A stretch of DNA of 7,160 nt from a virus (taxonomy: Duplodnaviria > Heunggongvirae > Uroviricota > Caudoviricetes). The position numbers and the translations under genes are program-made. The notes beneath the pieces are model-generated. The model searched no databases, was not told where the DNA came from, and saw only the letters and a program-made list of their open reading frames with translations. Location of the stretch: IMG/VR virus record IMGVR_UViG_2706794676_000001. One strand, 5' to 3'. This document shows positions 1-6,786 of the stretch, one piece after another. The stretch's first letter is position 1; each line of letters opens with the position of its first letter.

Positions 1-98
1 AGGGACAGCTGATAGAAACAGAAGCCACTGGAGCACCTCAAAAACACCATCATACACTAAATCAGTAAGTTGGCAGCATCACCTCATTCGTCTGTTCC

Positions 99-545
99 TT
101 AAATCTTCCAGGAAATTTCTGCATTGCCGTCAGCATCACCGGCACCTGTGAATTCAGCGTTGGTCAGCACCACGTTTTTGCCACTGACTGACGTGGACAT
201 GAATCCACCCAGCGGCACTTTGATGGATTCATCAGTGGAGACGACAACGTATACCGGATGCTTCATGGCGTCGCCCGGGAAGTTCTTGCCTGTTCCCACC
301 TGGCGAACCATGTCCGGCTGCGACGTGGTCGGATAAGGGCGCACGTAGATCCCCTTCACCTTGTCTGCGGTATCACCATCTGCCAGCGGCACGAAAAAAC
401 CGTCATCATCGTATTTACCAGCCAGGCCATAGGCAGCGAAGGCGTTATCGGATTTAAGGACCACCGGTTCGACGGTTAAGTCCTGCGGGCGAGAGACAGC
501 CCCGGCAATGCCAACAGGCATCCGGTACAGAAATACATTATTCAT
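99..545 (-). CDS. Phage head-module protein of unknown function (148 aa), possibly a capsid-associated or decoration protein
   Basis: Intact 148-codon ORF with ATG at 545-543 and TAA at 101-99. A Shine-Dalgarno-like AAGGG lies 6 nt upstream, inside the 3' end of the preceding gene, which stops only 3 nt before this start. Same strand and tight spacing as the head genes upstream. No recognisable catalytic motif; function inferred from position only. Confidence 0.6.
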   Translation of the reverse strand: MNNVFLYRMPVGIAGAVSRPQDLTVEPVVLKSDNAFAAYGLAGKYDDDGFFVPLADGDTADKVKGIYVRPYPTTSQPDMVRQVGTGKNFPGDAMKHPVYVVVSTDESIKVPLGGFMSTSVSGKNVVLTNAEFTGAGDADGNAEISWKI

Positions 546-548
546 TTT

Positions 549-1769
549 TTACCCTTTACGGTTTGCCCAGAATTCAGCGTTTTGTTTGTTCAGGGAAGCG
601 ATACTGGTCATGCCCATGTTTAGGCGCTGTGCATCGCCGGTGGTGGCGCGGGTGTTTCGCCCTTTGGCAACCTCAGACACGGCATTAAACGCCATGTCGA
701 CCGATTGTTTCGGTAATTTGCGGATATCCGCATCACCGACTATCTGGCGAACCAGCGTTTTGTCAGCAGAAGCCAGAACCTCGCGTTTGAACGCGGTCGG
801 TTTCATCTTACGGCTCAGATCGATACCCGGAACGATAACTTCGGCACGCCAGGCTGAGTCACCAGTAATCGTGGTTTCCTCTTCATCGTCCTCGCCGTCA
901 CCGGTCGGATTATCGTCAGGCTTATTATCGTTATCGCCCGTGGCATTTCTTTCCAGCTTAGCCAGCAGGGCTTTCAGTAATGTTTTGAGGTCATCATCAC
1001 TGTCGCCGGTTGGATCTCCGCCCATCTCTGGTGCTTTGTCCGGTAGTGGTTGCTGCGGGGACAGGTTGATGTTGAGATTAACGCCCTGCGGCAAATCCCC
1101 CTCATCTCCTGTAACCGATGCGGGAGCCGACTCCACCAGTTCGTTCATGGTGTCGGCATCTCCTGTCTTGATGGCCGCACGCATGCGGTTCCACCAGTTT
1201 TTCTTTTGATTTGCCATTGTGTCTCTGTCTCCAATTGCACAACGATTTCCGGCTCTGCCTTTAGGGACAAGAGCCACATGGTTTCCGGTAATATCGACCT
1301 GCTCGGCTTTACCTGGCTCGGTCTGCTCGTACTCCGCGTCATAGCCGCACGACACTTCGCGCAGGCCATCTTCGATAAGCTGAATGGCGCTTTCGTCTTT
1401 GACGATAAGGTCAGCCAGCATCAAATCAGACTGCTCACCCGTCCCGCGCCGGACATTCTGGAGGTGCCCGACAGCAAGCTCTTTCCAGTTCTCGGGATTT
1501 ACCAGCCGCACATTCCCGTTTTCATCTTCAGGATGCAGGATCGTGATGCTCATCCCTTCGAATGAGGCAAGCGTGGCCGGATGGAATACCTGCTCAGGAG
1601 AACGCGTGACGACTATTTCACCGAACTTATCGGGTTTCAGTTTTGGCAGGTCATCAGCACCATAGAGCTGCTTACCTGTTCGTCCTATCGGCACGTCTTT
1701 GCACAGCAACGAGCCGTCAGCCAGGCGGTATCGGGTTTCCCCGAGCCTGGTCTCAAAAAAGTATTTCAT
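549..1769 (-). CDS. Phage head-assembly protein (406 aa): N-terminal globular domain, long acidic Asp/Gly/Glu-rich linker, C-terminal domain; putative scaffold or protease-scaffold fusion, possibly DUF2213-like
   Basis: Intact ORF with ATG at 1769-1767 and TAA at 551-549, starting 3 nt after the Mu F-like gene stop. Residues about 201-305 are low-complexity and acidic (TGDEGD...DSDDD...GDNDNKPDDNPTGDGEDDEEE), typical of scaffolding proteins. Sits between the head morphogenesis gene and the downstream capsid genes. Family name is from memory, not a search. Confidence 0.7.
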   Translation of the reverse strand: MKYFFETRLGETRYRLADGSLLCKDVPIGRTGKQLYGADDLPKLKPDKFGEIVVTRSPEQVFHPATLASFEGMSITILHPEDENGNVRLVNPENWKELAVGHLQNVRRGTGEQSDLMLADLIVKDESAIQLIEDGLREVSCGYDAEYEQTEPGKAEQVDITGNHVALVPKGRAGNRCAIGDRDTMANQKKNWWNRMRAAIKTGDADTMNELVESAPASVTGDEGDLPQGVNLNINLSPQQPLPDKAPEMGGDPTGDSDDDLKTLLKALLAKLERNATGDNDNKPDDNPTGDGEDDEEETTITGDSAWRAEVIVPGIDLSRKMKPTAFKREVLASADKTLVRQIVGDADIRKLPKQSVDMAFNAVSEVAKGRNTRATTGDAQRLNMGMTSIASLNKQNAEFWANRKG

Positions 1770-1772
1770 GGG

Positions 1773-2555
1773 TTATGCTGCCCTTTTCATTGCGAATGGA
1801 ACGCGAACAAACACGATCTCTTTATAGCAGCGGCAGTTTGGCAGCTCGCCCGCGTGGCCGGTCATGCCGTCCAAAGTTGGAGGTGAATCCCAGCGGACGA
1901 ATTTACCTTTCATGTGATCGTGGGAATCTCGGACATCGCCATCATCGGCTGTACGCCAAATATAACCATCCGAGCCAATAGCTATCGCTCGGGCCATATC
2001 CAGCGCGCCCGTTGCTCTTCCCAGTTCCGTTCGGGCAATCAGATCGGCCCTAGACTTAGCAACATCGCCGGTAGATGCAATCTCTTTAGCAAACTGCTCC
2101 GCCCGACCACCGGTGACAACAGCCTCTATCGCTTTGTTCTGGATGTCGTACACCCTGTCTGCGGCCTCGAGAGGCAGAGATTTGATGTACTTGACCTGTT
2201 CGGCGATGATGGATTGCATCACCTGGCCCACAGGAGCGCTTTCCACAAGATTGCGGAGCTCGCGACTGATGTTCTTGCTGTGTTGCCGCCAAACTTTCTC
2301 GTTCTGCCGGGTTAGGTCCGCAGTAAAGTTTTCCGCGACCTTTGTCGCCCAGGGGGTGATGATTTCACTGTAACGCTCCAGCGCCGCAATAATTTCCGTG
2401 ATACTGTCATTTGAACCATCGTAGCGACCATTTACGATGTCTCCGACCGCCCTCGCTATCCTGCGTAGGCTGGTTCGATACCGGATTTCCGCCTGACGGC
2501 TCCTGCGGTTCGTCATCAGGTTCGCCGATGCCGGGCGGCGCTTCATCTTCGGCAT
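1773..2555 (-). CDS. Phage head morphogenesis protein, Mu F / SPP1 gp7 family (260 aa)
   Basis: Intact ORF with ATG at 2555-2553 preceded by GAGGA 8 nt upstream, and TAA at 1775-1773. The C-terminal half carries the family's hallmark residues (ARTELGRA, W-x-TADDGDVRDSHD, LDG, then PNCRCY). Position directly after the portal gene is canonical for this family. Confidence 0.85.
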   Translation of the reverse strand: MPKMKRRPASANLMTNRRSRQAEIRYRTSLRRIARAVGDIVNGRYDGSNDSITEIIAALERYSEIITPWATKVAENFTADLTRQNEKVWRQHSKNISRELRNLVESAPVGQVMQSIIAEQVKYIKSLPLEAADRVYDIQNKAIEAVVTGGRAEQFAKEIASTGDVAKSRADLIARTELGRATGALDMARAIAIGSDGYIWRTADDGDVRDSHDHMKGKFVRWDSPPTLDGMTGHAGELPNCRCYKEIVFVRVPFAMKRAA

Positions 2556-3489
2556 TCTCGATGTCCTCGTCGGTAATGGATGCCCCGATGCCGGTTACGT
2601 CAGAATTTTCTCGCAAATCAGTCATAGCGGCTTTCAGTGTCATCAGACCATCACCCAGCGCCGTACTGATTGCGTTGGTGGTGTTTAACGCCACCGTTGA
2701 GCGATCGACATCAGACATTTGCCAGAGCGGGTTAAACTCAAACGTGAAATCGTCCGGCAGCGGCTTGCCAAGTTCCGAACGATGCATGATGTCCAGTATC
2801 CGCCGCACCGGAAGACGTAAACGCCTCTCCTGCAACGAACTGATGCGATCGTAATAGTTGGCAAGGTCTGCATCACCGGTAGAAAATCCTTTCGGGGACT
2901 GTCCGAACAACCGCACCAGTGGGATACCAACAGCGCCACTAATCTGTTCTACAAACTGCGAAAGGATGTCATCCAGACCACTGAAGCTGTACTGATGGGT
3001 TTCAAACTTATCCCGCGAGTCCATGAGCGTCATGCCTTCATTACTCTGGAACTGTCGAATCAGGTCGATATTCTTCAGCAACGCTTCATACGCAGGACCA
3101 CCAAGTGCGATAAGCTCGCGTAGCTTCTCCACGCTGTAGGTACGCAAATGCGCCTTGTAGACCAGCTGCGCCGCGCCGACAGTAGCGCTGTCGAACGCGG
3201 TAAGACGATCCCAGATACGCTCTACAACCGACATTCCCCATTCGTTCTCGGTCATCTTCTGCTGAAATGGCAACGTGACGCCATCAAAGCGAATCAGGCG
3301 ACTGTGATGAATGCGCCAGGCAGGAATTCCCGTTGCTGTGGTCACCACATCGTAAAACTCAGGTTTACCCAGGTCCGGCCCCATATCTTTAATGCGGCGG
3401 GTCAGTGCCGGGTCGACCATCCAGCGGTCGAGCGGGAGAATCCCCTTAAACTTGCCCTTACCGATGGTTTCGGGTCGCAGCGGGGTCAT
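2407..3489 (-). CDS. Portal protein, largest uninterrupted segment (360 codons) of the portal reading frame
   Basis: ORF with ATG at 3489-3487 preceded by GAGGGG about 9 nt upstream, and TGA at 2409-2407. Acidic C-terminal tail and position between large terminase and Mu F-like gene fit a portal. This start is in frame with an upstream ATG at 3873; see the pseudogene feature covering 2407-3873. Confidence 0.7.
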   Translation of the reverse strand: MTPLRPETIGKGKFKGILPLDRWMVDPALTRRIKDMGPDLGKPEFYDVVTTATGIPAWRIHHSRLIRFDGVTLPFQQKMTENEWGMSVVERIWDRLTAFDSATVGAAQLVYKAHLRTYSVEKLRELIALGGPAYEALLKNIDLIRQFQSNEGMTLMDSRDKFETHQYSFSGLDDILSQFVEQISGAVGIPLVRLFGQSPKGFSTGDADLANYYDRISSLQERRLRLPVRRILDIMHRSELGKPLPDDFTFEFNPLWQMSDVDRSTVALNTTNAISTALGDGLMTLKAAMTDLRENSDVTGIGASITDEDIENAEDEAPPGIGEPDDEPQEPSGGNPVSNQPTQDSEGGRRHRKWSLRWFK

Positions 3490-3873
3490 TGGTGCCTACC
3501 CCTCAATCATGATGAAACCCACCGCGCCGCCGTAGAGGCGCGACCATTTCAGCACGTCATTCAGCGCATCCCAGATTTGCAACTCATCCAGTTGTGATTC
3601 GAGAATGCCACGATCTTTTGCATCAATTTCCGAAGTGATGCGAATGCCTTTGCGGGTCATATCATCCGGGATAGCATCGACTGCTTCGCCGATGATCTAG
3701 GATGAACGATAGGACCATTCCACCAGCATGCGGTTACGACTGGTGAAATTAGCCCGGTAGGTGGATGCTGAGTGCTGGTTAGGTGTCTGCATCCCTACGC
3801 GGGCAATAAAATTCTCATAACCATCAGCTGTGGCCTGCACAGTTCGCCGCAGGGCTTGTTTGTTTCGTGCCAT
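2407..3873 (-). pseudogene. Full-length portal gene frame (about 488 codons) interrupted by two in-frame amber (TAG) codons; either a nonsense-disrupted portal or one needing amber suppression
   Basis: Read directly from the sequence. ATG at 3873-3871 overlaps the large terminase TGA stop (ATGA coupling) and has GGGGAGA about 8 nt upstream. The frame then reads 58 codons (MARNKQALRRTVQATADGYENFIARVGMQTPNQHSASTYRANFTSRNRMLVEWSYRSS), TAG at 3699-3697, 66 codons (IIGEAVDAIPDDMTRKGIRITSEIDAKDRGILESQLDELQIWDALNDVLKWSRLYGGAVGFIMIEG), TAG at 3498-3496, Ala-Pro, then the ATG of the 360-codon ORF. 3873 and 3489 are exactly 384 nt (128 codons) apart. The total length matches typical portal proteins. 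Confidence 0.55.
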
Positions 3874-5303
3874 CAGGCCTGTCTCCCCAGCTGTTCCCAG
3901 ATATCCAGCGATGTATCGATTGGCGCGAAGGCCATAATGAATGCATCAGCAACGTTTGGTGACGGTATCTCGCGTTTTGCGAGGTCTTTTTTACTTTCGA
4001 CCATCACACGTCCGTTACGGTCGAAATCACGATGAGGTGTTGTCAGTTCCAGTTTCAGCTTTTCAAGCAACGGACAACGAGAATCTATGCTGATCAGCTC
4101 ATCCACAGGATACTGTTCTCCGTTGTTAATGGCGTTAAACGTATTTCTGAAACGGTCAGCCACCAGCCACCATGCCTGAGCCTTAAGATTTGCGAAAAAG
4201 TCTTTGTTGGGGATGCCGTTGTACTCGTCATCTGGCTCATGCACACCAGCACCGGCGTTAAACCTCTGGTAATTCACACGTCGCGCGTATGCGTTCTCGC
4301 TCTTCCGGTCAGCGTTAATTTCAGAGAATTTAGCACCGGCAGACGCACCAACACCGATAGAGTCGTAAACAATATCTGCTTCACGCTCCAGCGCCGCCTG
4401 ATAAGTACGCTGGCAGCTCTTCAGTAATTCATCTTCTTTGGCCTTCCATTCGTCGGCCCAGAAAACAACGGATCCGTGACGGTAAACGTTAGCGCACTTA
4501 TCTGTACCACTGTCAGCCACGTCAAAGCCAATACGCTTTCTTCCACTGGGTTCGAAATTTAACGTTTTGTGCGCATCCACTGCGGCTTCTATCCAAGACA
4601 GTTTGATGATTGCCGCATCATCATCAGACTCCGGAACGCCCTCATACACATGTTTAAAACCATCCGGATCACGGCGTCGCGCCGCGTCGATAACCTTAAG
4701 CATGGTGTCAGACAGAAACGGATTTTCGTCATAGTTAATTTTGCGGATGAGAGTGCCTTCGGGCGGATCAACAACGAAGTTGCGCCAGACGAAATCAGTA
4801 ACAAGTCCGGGGTTGAATATGAACCAGCATTCCGAACCCTCTTTACGGATCGTTGGCTCCAGAATTTTCCACTGGTATTCCGTCAGTGCGTGGGCTTCTT
4901 CCAGCCACAACACATCGATCCCCTCCAGTGACTTAATTTCTTCGATGTTGCGCCATAATCCATAAAAAACAAATTCCGAGCCAGTAACCCGGTTAATGAT
5001 TTTGTTGTTCAGAATACGGAAACGGTGCCGCAGACCAAACCTGTCTATCTGAATTTTGAGCAGGGTATACACCGACTCTTCGATTTTATTCTGGATCTGA
5101 CGGGCACAACAAAAACGCAGGGTGTATTTATTCGACAGAAATATGGCAATGCCAGCGGCATCCCATGATTTTGACGATGACCGACCACCATAAAGCACTT
5201 TGTTACGTGCCCGCATAGTCCAGAAACTACGTAAAGCCGGATTCAGCGTCGGTTTGGATGTCAGAGTAGAAGTCATTGAGGTCACGCTCTCCATTGCCAT
5301 CAT
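3873..5303 (-). CDS. terL: Terminase large subunit (PBSX/Terminase_6-like ATPase-nuclease)
   Basis: Long intact ORF ending at TGA 3875-3873. Contains the N-terminal LNPALRSFW motif followed by a Walker A / P-loop (VLYGGRSSSKSW), a Walker B-like hydrophobic stretch ending in acidic residues (IDVLWLEEAH), and a C-terminal nuclease-like region. The longest ORF begins at 5384 with a non-ATG start; ATG codons at 5303, 5300, 5294 and 5276 are more likely starts (AGGT lies 4-5 nt before 5303). Exact start is uncertain, and any of them overlaps the small terminase 3' end. Confidence 0.9.
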   Translation of the reverse strand: MMAMESVTSMTSTLTSKPTLNPALRSFWTMRARNKVLYGGRSSSKSWDAAGIAIFLSNKYTLRFCCARQIQNKIEESVYTLLKIQIDRFGLRHRFRILNNKIINRVTGSEFVFYGLWRNIEEIKSLEGIDVLWLEEAHALTEYQWKILEPTIRKEGSECWFIFNPGLVTDFVWRNFVVDPPEGTLIRKINYDENPFLSDTMLKVIDAARRRDPDGFKHVYEGVPESDDDAAIIKLSWIEAAVDAHKTLNFEPSGRKRIGFDVADSGTDKCANVYRHGSVVFWADEWKAKEDELLKSCQRTYQAALEREADIVYDSIGVGASAGAKFSEINADRKSENAYARRVNYQRFNAGAGVHEPDDEYNGIPNKDFFANLKAQAWWLVADRFRNTFNAINNGEQYPVDELISIDSRCPLLEKLKLELTTPHRDFDRNGRVMVESKKDLAKREIPSPNVADAFIMAFAPIDTSLDIWEQLGRQA

Positions 5304-5991
5304 CAATACCTGCATCACGGCGAAGACGATCAGCCTCCAGAGACACCTTATCAGTGGCGGCCTTGCGGTAGGCTGTATCAGCAAATATTTTTCCTACCGT
5401 CGCAAGCGTGCCAACGATGGACTCAATACGAACTGTATTGCGCATCATTGCTTTCTCGGCGGCGCTGATATTTTCAATCAGCATCTTCCTTTCCTGGTCC
5501 CCATTAGCATCTTCCAGCGACACCAACCACCGACCAATATTCTCTGCAGCGACAAGGTTGTTAGCACGAAGGCGAAATAATTCGTCCTCGAGCGTCAACG
5601 CTTTAGCGTCCTCTATCACCTCATCTTTGAGCAGAAGGCGACGGGCATAACCACCGTGTTTTAATGCCTGCTGGTTACCGGGTTGGAATGGGTTAGTCGG
5701 GGGATCGGTACGCATTCCGCGTATCGGTTTCGTATCCGGTGTAGATTCTGTTTTTAGTTGCGTACTTTTTTGTGTAAGGCCAGTAATGGCAGGCTTTCTG
5801 CTGGTACGCACTTTCCTTTTTTGCGTACCATTTTTGCAAACCTGCGTACCGCCACTGCGTGCCCAACCAAGCTTTTTGGCCCTCTTCCTGATAGCCCCTT
5901 CTGTAACGCCGTATTTCTCGCCTATATCACGGAGGCTAAGGACTCCGGCCCGGTATGCCGATTCGATGGCCTCCCAGTCCGGTTTTGCCAT
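5227..5991 (-). CDS. terS: Terminase small subunit (254 aa) with N-terminal helix-turn-helix DNA-binding domain
   Basis: Intact ORF with ATG at 5991-5989 preceded by AGGAAG 7 nt upstream, and TAG at 5229-5227. N-terminus (SLRDIGEKYGVTEGAIRKRAKKLGW) is a classic HTH as in small terminases, followed by a basic linker and a conserved PGNQQALKHGGYAR motif. Lies immediately upstream of, and overlapping, the large terminase. Confidence 0.8.
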   Translation of the reverse strand: MAKPDWEAIESAYRAGVLSLRDIGEKYGVTEGAIRKRAKKLGWARSGGTQVCKNGTQKRKVRTSRKPAITGLTQKSTQLKTESTPDTKPIRGMRTDPPTNPFQPGNQQALKHGGYARRLLLKDEVIEDAKALTLEDELFRLRANNLVAAENIGRWLVSLEDANGDQERKMLIENISAAEKAMMRNTVRIESIVGTLATVGKIFADTAYRKAATDKVSLEADRLRRDAGIDDGNGERDLNDFYSDIQTDAESGFT

Positions 5992-6075
5992 GATTATGCT
6001 TCCTGTGATTTACTGTTATCGCTGCCTGTCACAATAGGTTGCTTTAATTCTTCCTCATCACTCACTCCTGCGACG

Positions 6076-6101
6076 CTCCGTGGCAGGGCCCCCCACAGGA
6101 G
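6076..6101. repeat. GC-rich imperfect inverted repeat (8-bp stem with one bulge, 9-nt loop containing GGGCCC) in the intergenic region upstream of terS
   Basis: CTCCGTGG (6076-6083) pairs with CCACAGGAG (6093-6101) around the loop CAGGGCCCC. No U-run follows on either strand, so it is not a canonical intrinsic terminator. Lies between the moron and the terS ribosome-binding site. Confidence 0.3.
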
Positions 6102-6188
6102 TACCTTGTAAATGTAAGGTGTTTAAGCCTAAATTAAGTCGTATCACGGTTAAATAGCAAAGAAAAATTCACAGAAGGAAAGACATTG

Positions 6189-6698
6189 ATGGAGTGGATA
6201 AATGCTTTGATGAACTATTTTGTACTTCATCCATATCGCCTATGGGGGCTTCTTTTTATAATAGCGTTCACAAAATCCACTTTACTCATTTCGGCGATAT
6301 TGCCACCAGCATCAATTATGATGGCCACTGTAATTACAGTCAGCAAGACGACTCTTTCACCATGGGAAGCTGGAATCACGGTCATGAGTGGCGCATGGTG
6401 CGGTACTATCGTTAATTACCATCTTGGTATAATAATTGGGCATATCCCTCAACTTGCATGTATAATATCAAGCCGTTCCAATACAATAGAACGGGTTCGC
6501 CTTCAGTTGCAAAATAACTCTGTGTCAATACTTTTCACTTCGCGCTTTATCGCCGTGCTGCGTTATATTGCTCCTTTGGTGGCAGGAATGTTGCAACTTC
6601 ATCCAGTGAAAGTGTATACAGTGAGTCTGATTTCAGCTGCTAGCTGGTCAGCACTTTATGTTGGTAGTTTTAGCTTCGTGTTGCCTTTTTTTAGCTAA
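6189..6698 (+). CDS. Small polytopic inner-membrane protein (about 169 aa, four predicted TM helices), resembling DedA/YqaA-type (SNARE-associated / VTT-domain) proteins; prophage moron
   Basis: ORF on the strand opposite all phage genes. ATG at 6189 is preceded by AAGGA 9 nt upstream; the track's 6186 start is a TTG one codon earlier. Stop is TAA at 6696-6698. Markedly AT-rich (a sampled 60-nt stretch is about 37% GC against about 60% in the flanking structural genes). Four hydrophobic segments with Gly-rich motifs (SGAWCGTIVNYHLGIIIG, RYIAPLVAG) recall YqaA/DedA proteins; this is recollection, not a search result. Confidence 0.65.
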   Translation: MEWINALMNYFVLHPYRLWGLLFIIAFTKSTLLISAILPPASIMMATVITVSKTTLSPWEAGITVMSGAWCGTIVNYHLGIIIGHIPQLACIISSRSNTIERVRLQLQNNSVSILFTSRFIAVLRYIAPLVAGMLQLHPVKVYTVSLISAASWSALYVGSFSFVLPFFS

Positions 6699-6786
6699 AC
6701 TGCCCATAAAAAGCTCTTGCGAATCCAGCTTCCCCCATTCCTCTGACAACAGAATCTGATTTGAAGGATAATGAGTAAAATTACCG

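Noticed and set aside
124-479. Plus-strand ORFs 124-336 and 258-479
   Set aside because: Antisense to the 148-aa head-module gene; no support.
508-1209. 233-aa plus-strand ORF, Ser/Pro-rich low-complexity
   Set aside because: Antisense to the acidic-linker region of the 406-aa head protein; its low-complexity composition mirrors that linker on the opposite strand. No ribosome-binding site and no supporting context; treated as a shadow ORF.
1050-2373. Several plus-strand ORFs (1050-1565, 1384-1665, 1581-1886, 1643-1981, 1914-2315, 2113-2373)
   Set aside because: All lie antisense within the well-supported minus-strand head genes, overlap one another in different frames, and have no recognisable motifs. 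Typical of spurious ORFs in GC-rich coding DNA.
3496-3699. Alternative genetic code (TAG recoded as a sense codon) to explain the portal amber codons
   Set aside because: TAG is used as the terminator of terS (5229-5227) and Rz (6789-6787), and the other genes end in TAA or TGA with sensible lengths. Codon usage is ordinary enterobacterial.
1145-4804. Small minus-strand ORFs nested out of frame inside larger genes (1145-1369, 2086-2292, 2685-2939, 4589-4804)
   Set aside because: Alternative-frame ORFs inside confidently called genes, with no ribosome-binding site or motifs. Unlike Rz1, nothing suggests a real embedded gene.
2411-5650. Plus-strand ORFs antisense to portal and terminase genes (2411-2854, 3148-3597, 3772-4035, 4032-4427, 4569-4931, 4741-4965, 5200-5580, 5408-5650)
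   Set aside because: Fully contained within strongly supported minus-strand genes; no independent evidence of coding.
5758-6111. Plus-strand ORFs 5758-6111 and 5786-6037 spanning the terS 5' end and its upstream region
   Set aside because: Antisense to terS for most of their length; Pro/Leu-rich with no ribosome-binding site. More likely chance ORFs than a divergent regulator.
6100-6185. Sigma70 promoter for the moron
   Set aside because: Several partial -35/-10-like hexamers (such as TTGTAA at 6106-6111, TAAATA near 6151-6156) but none with a convincing consensus and 17-nt spacing. A promoter is probably present but cannot be placed from sequence alone.
6194-6415. 73-aa plus-strand ORF in an alternative frame inside the membrane-protein moron
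   Set aside because: Overlaps the better-supported 6189-6698 frame, which has a ribosome-binding site and coherent TM helices; the alternative frame has neither.
6699-6786. Intrinsic terminator after the membrane-protein moron
   Set aside because: Only weak A/T-rich complementarity (CTTTTT with AAAAAG); no GC-rich hairpin followed by a U-tract, so not called.
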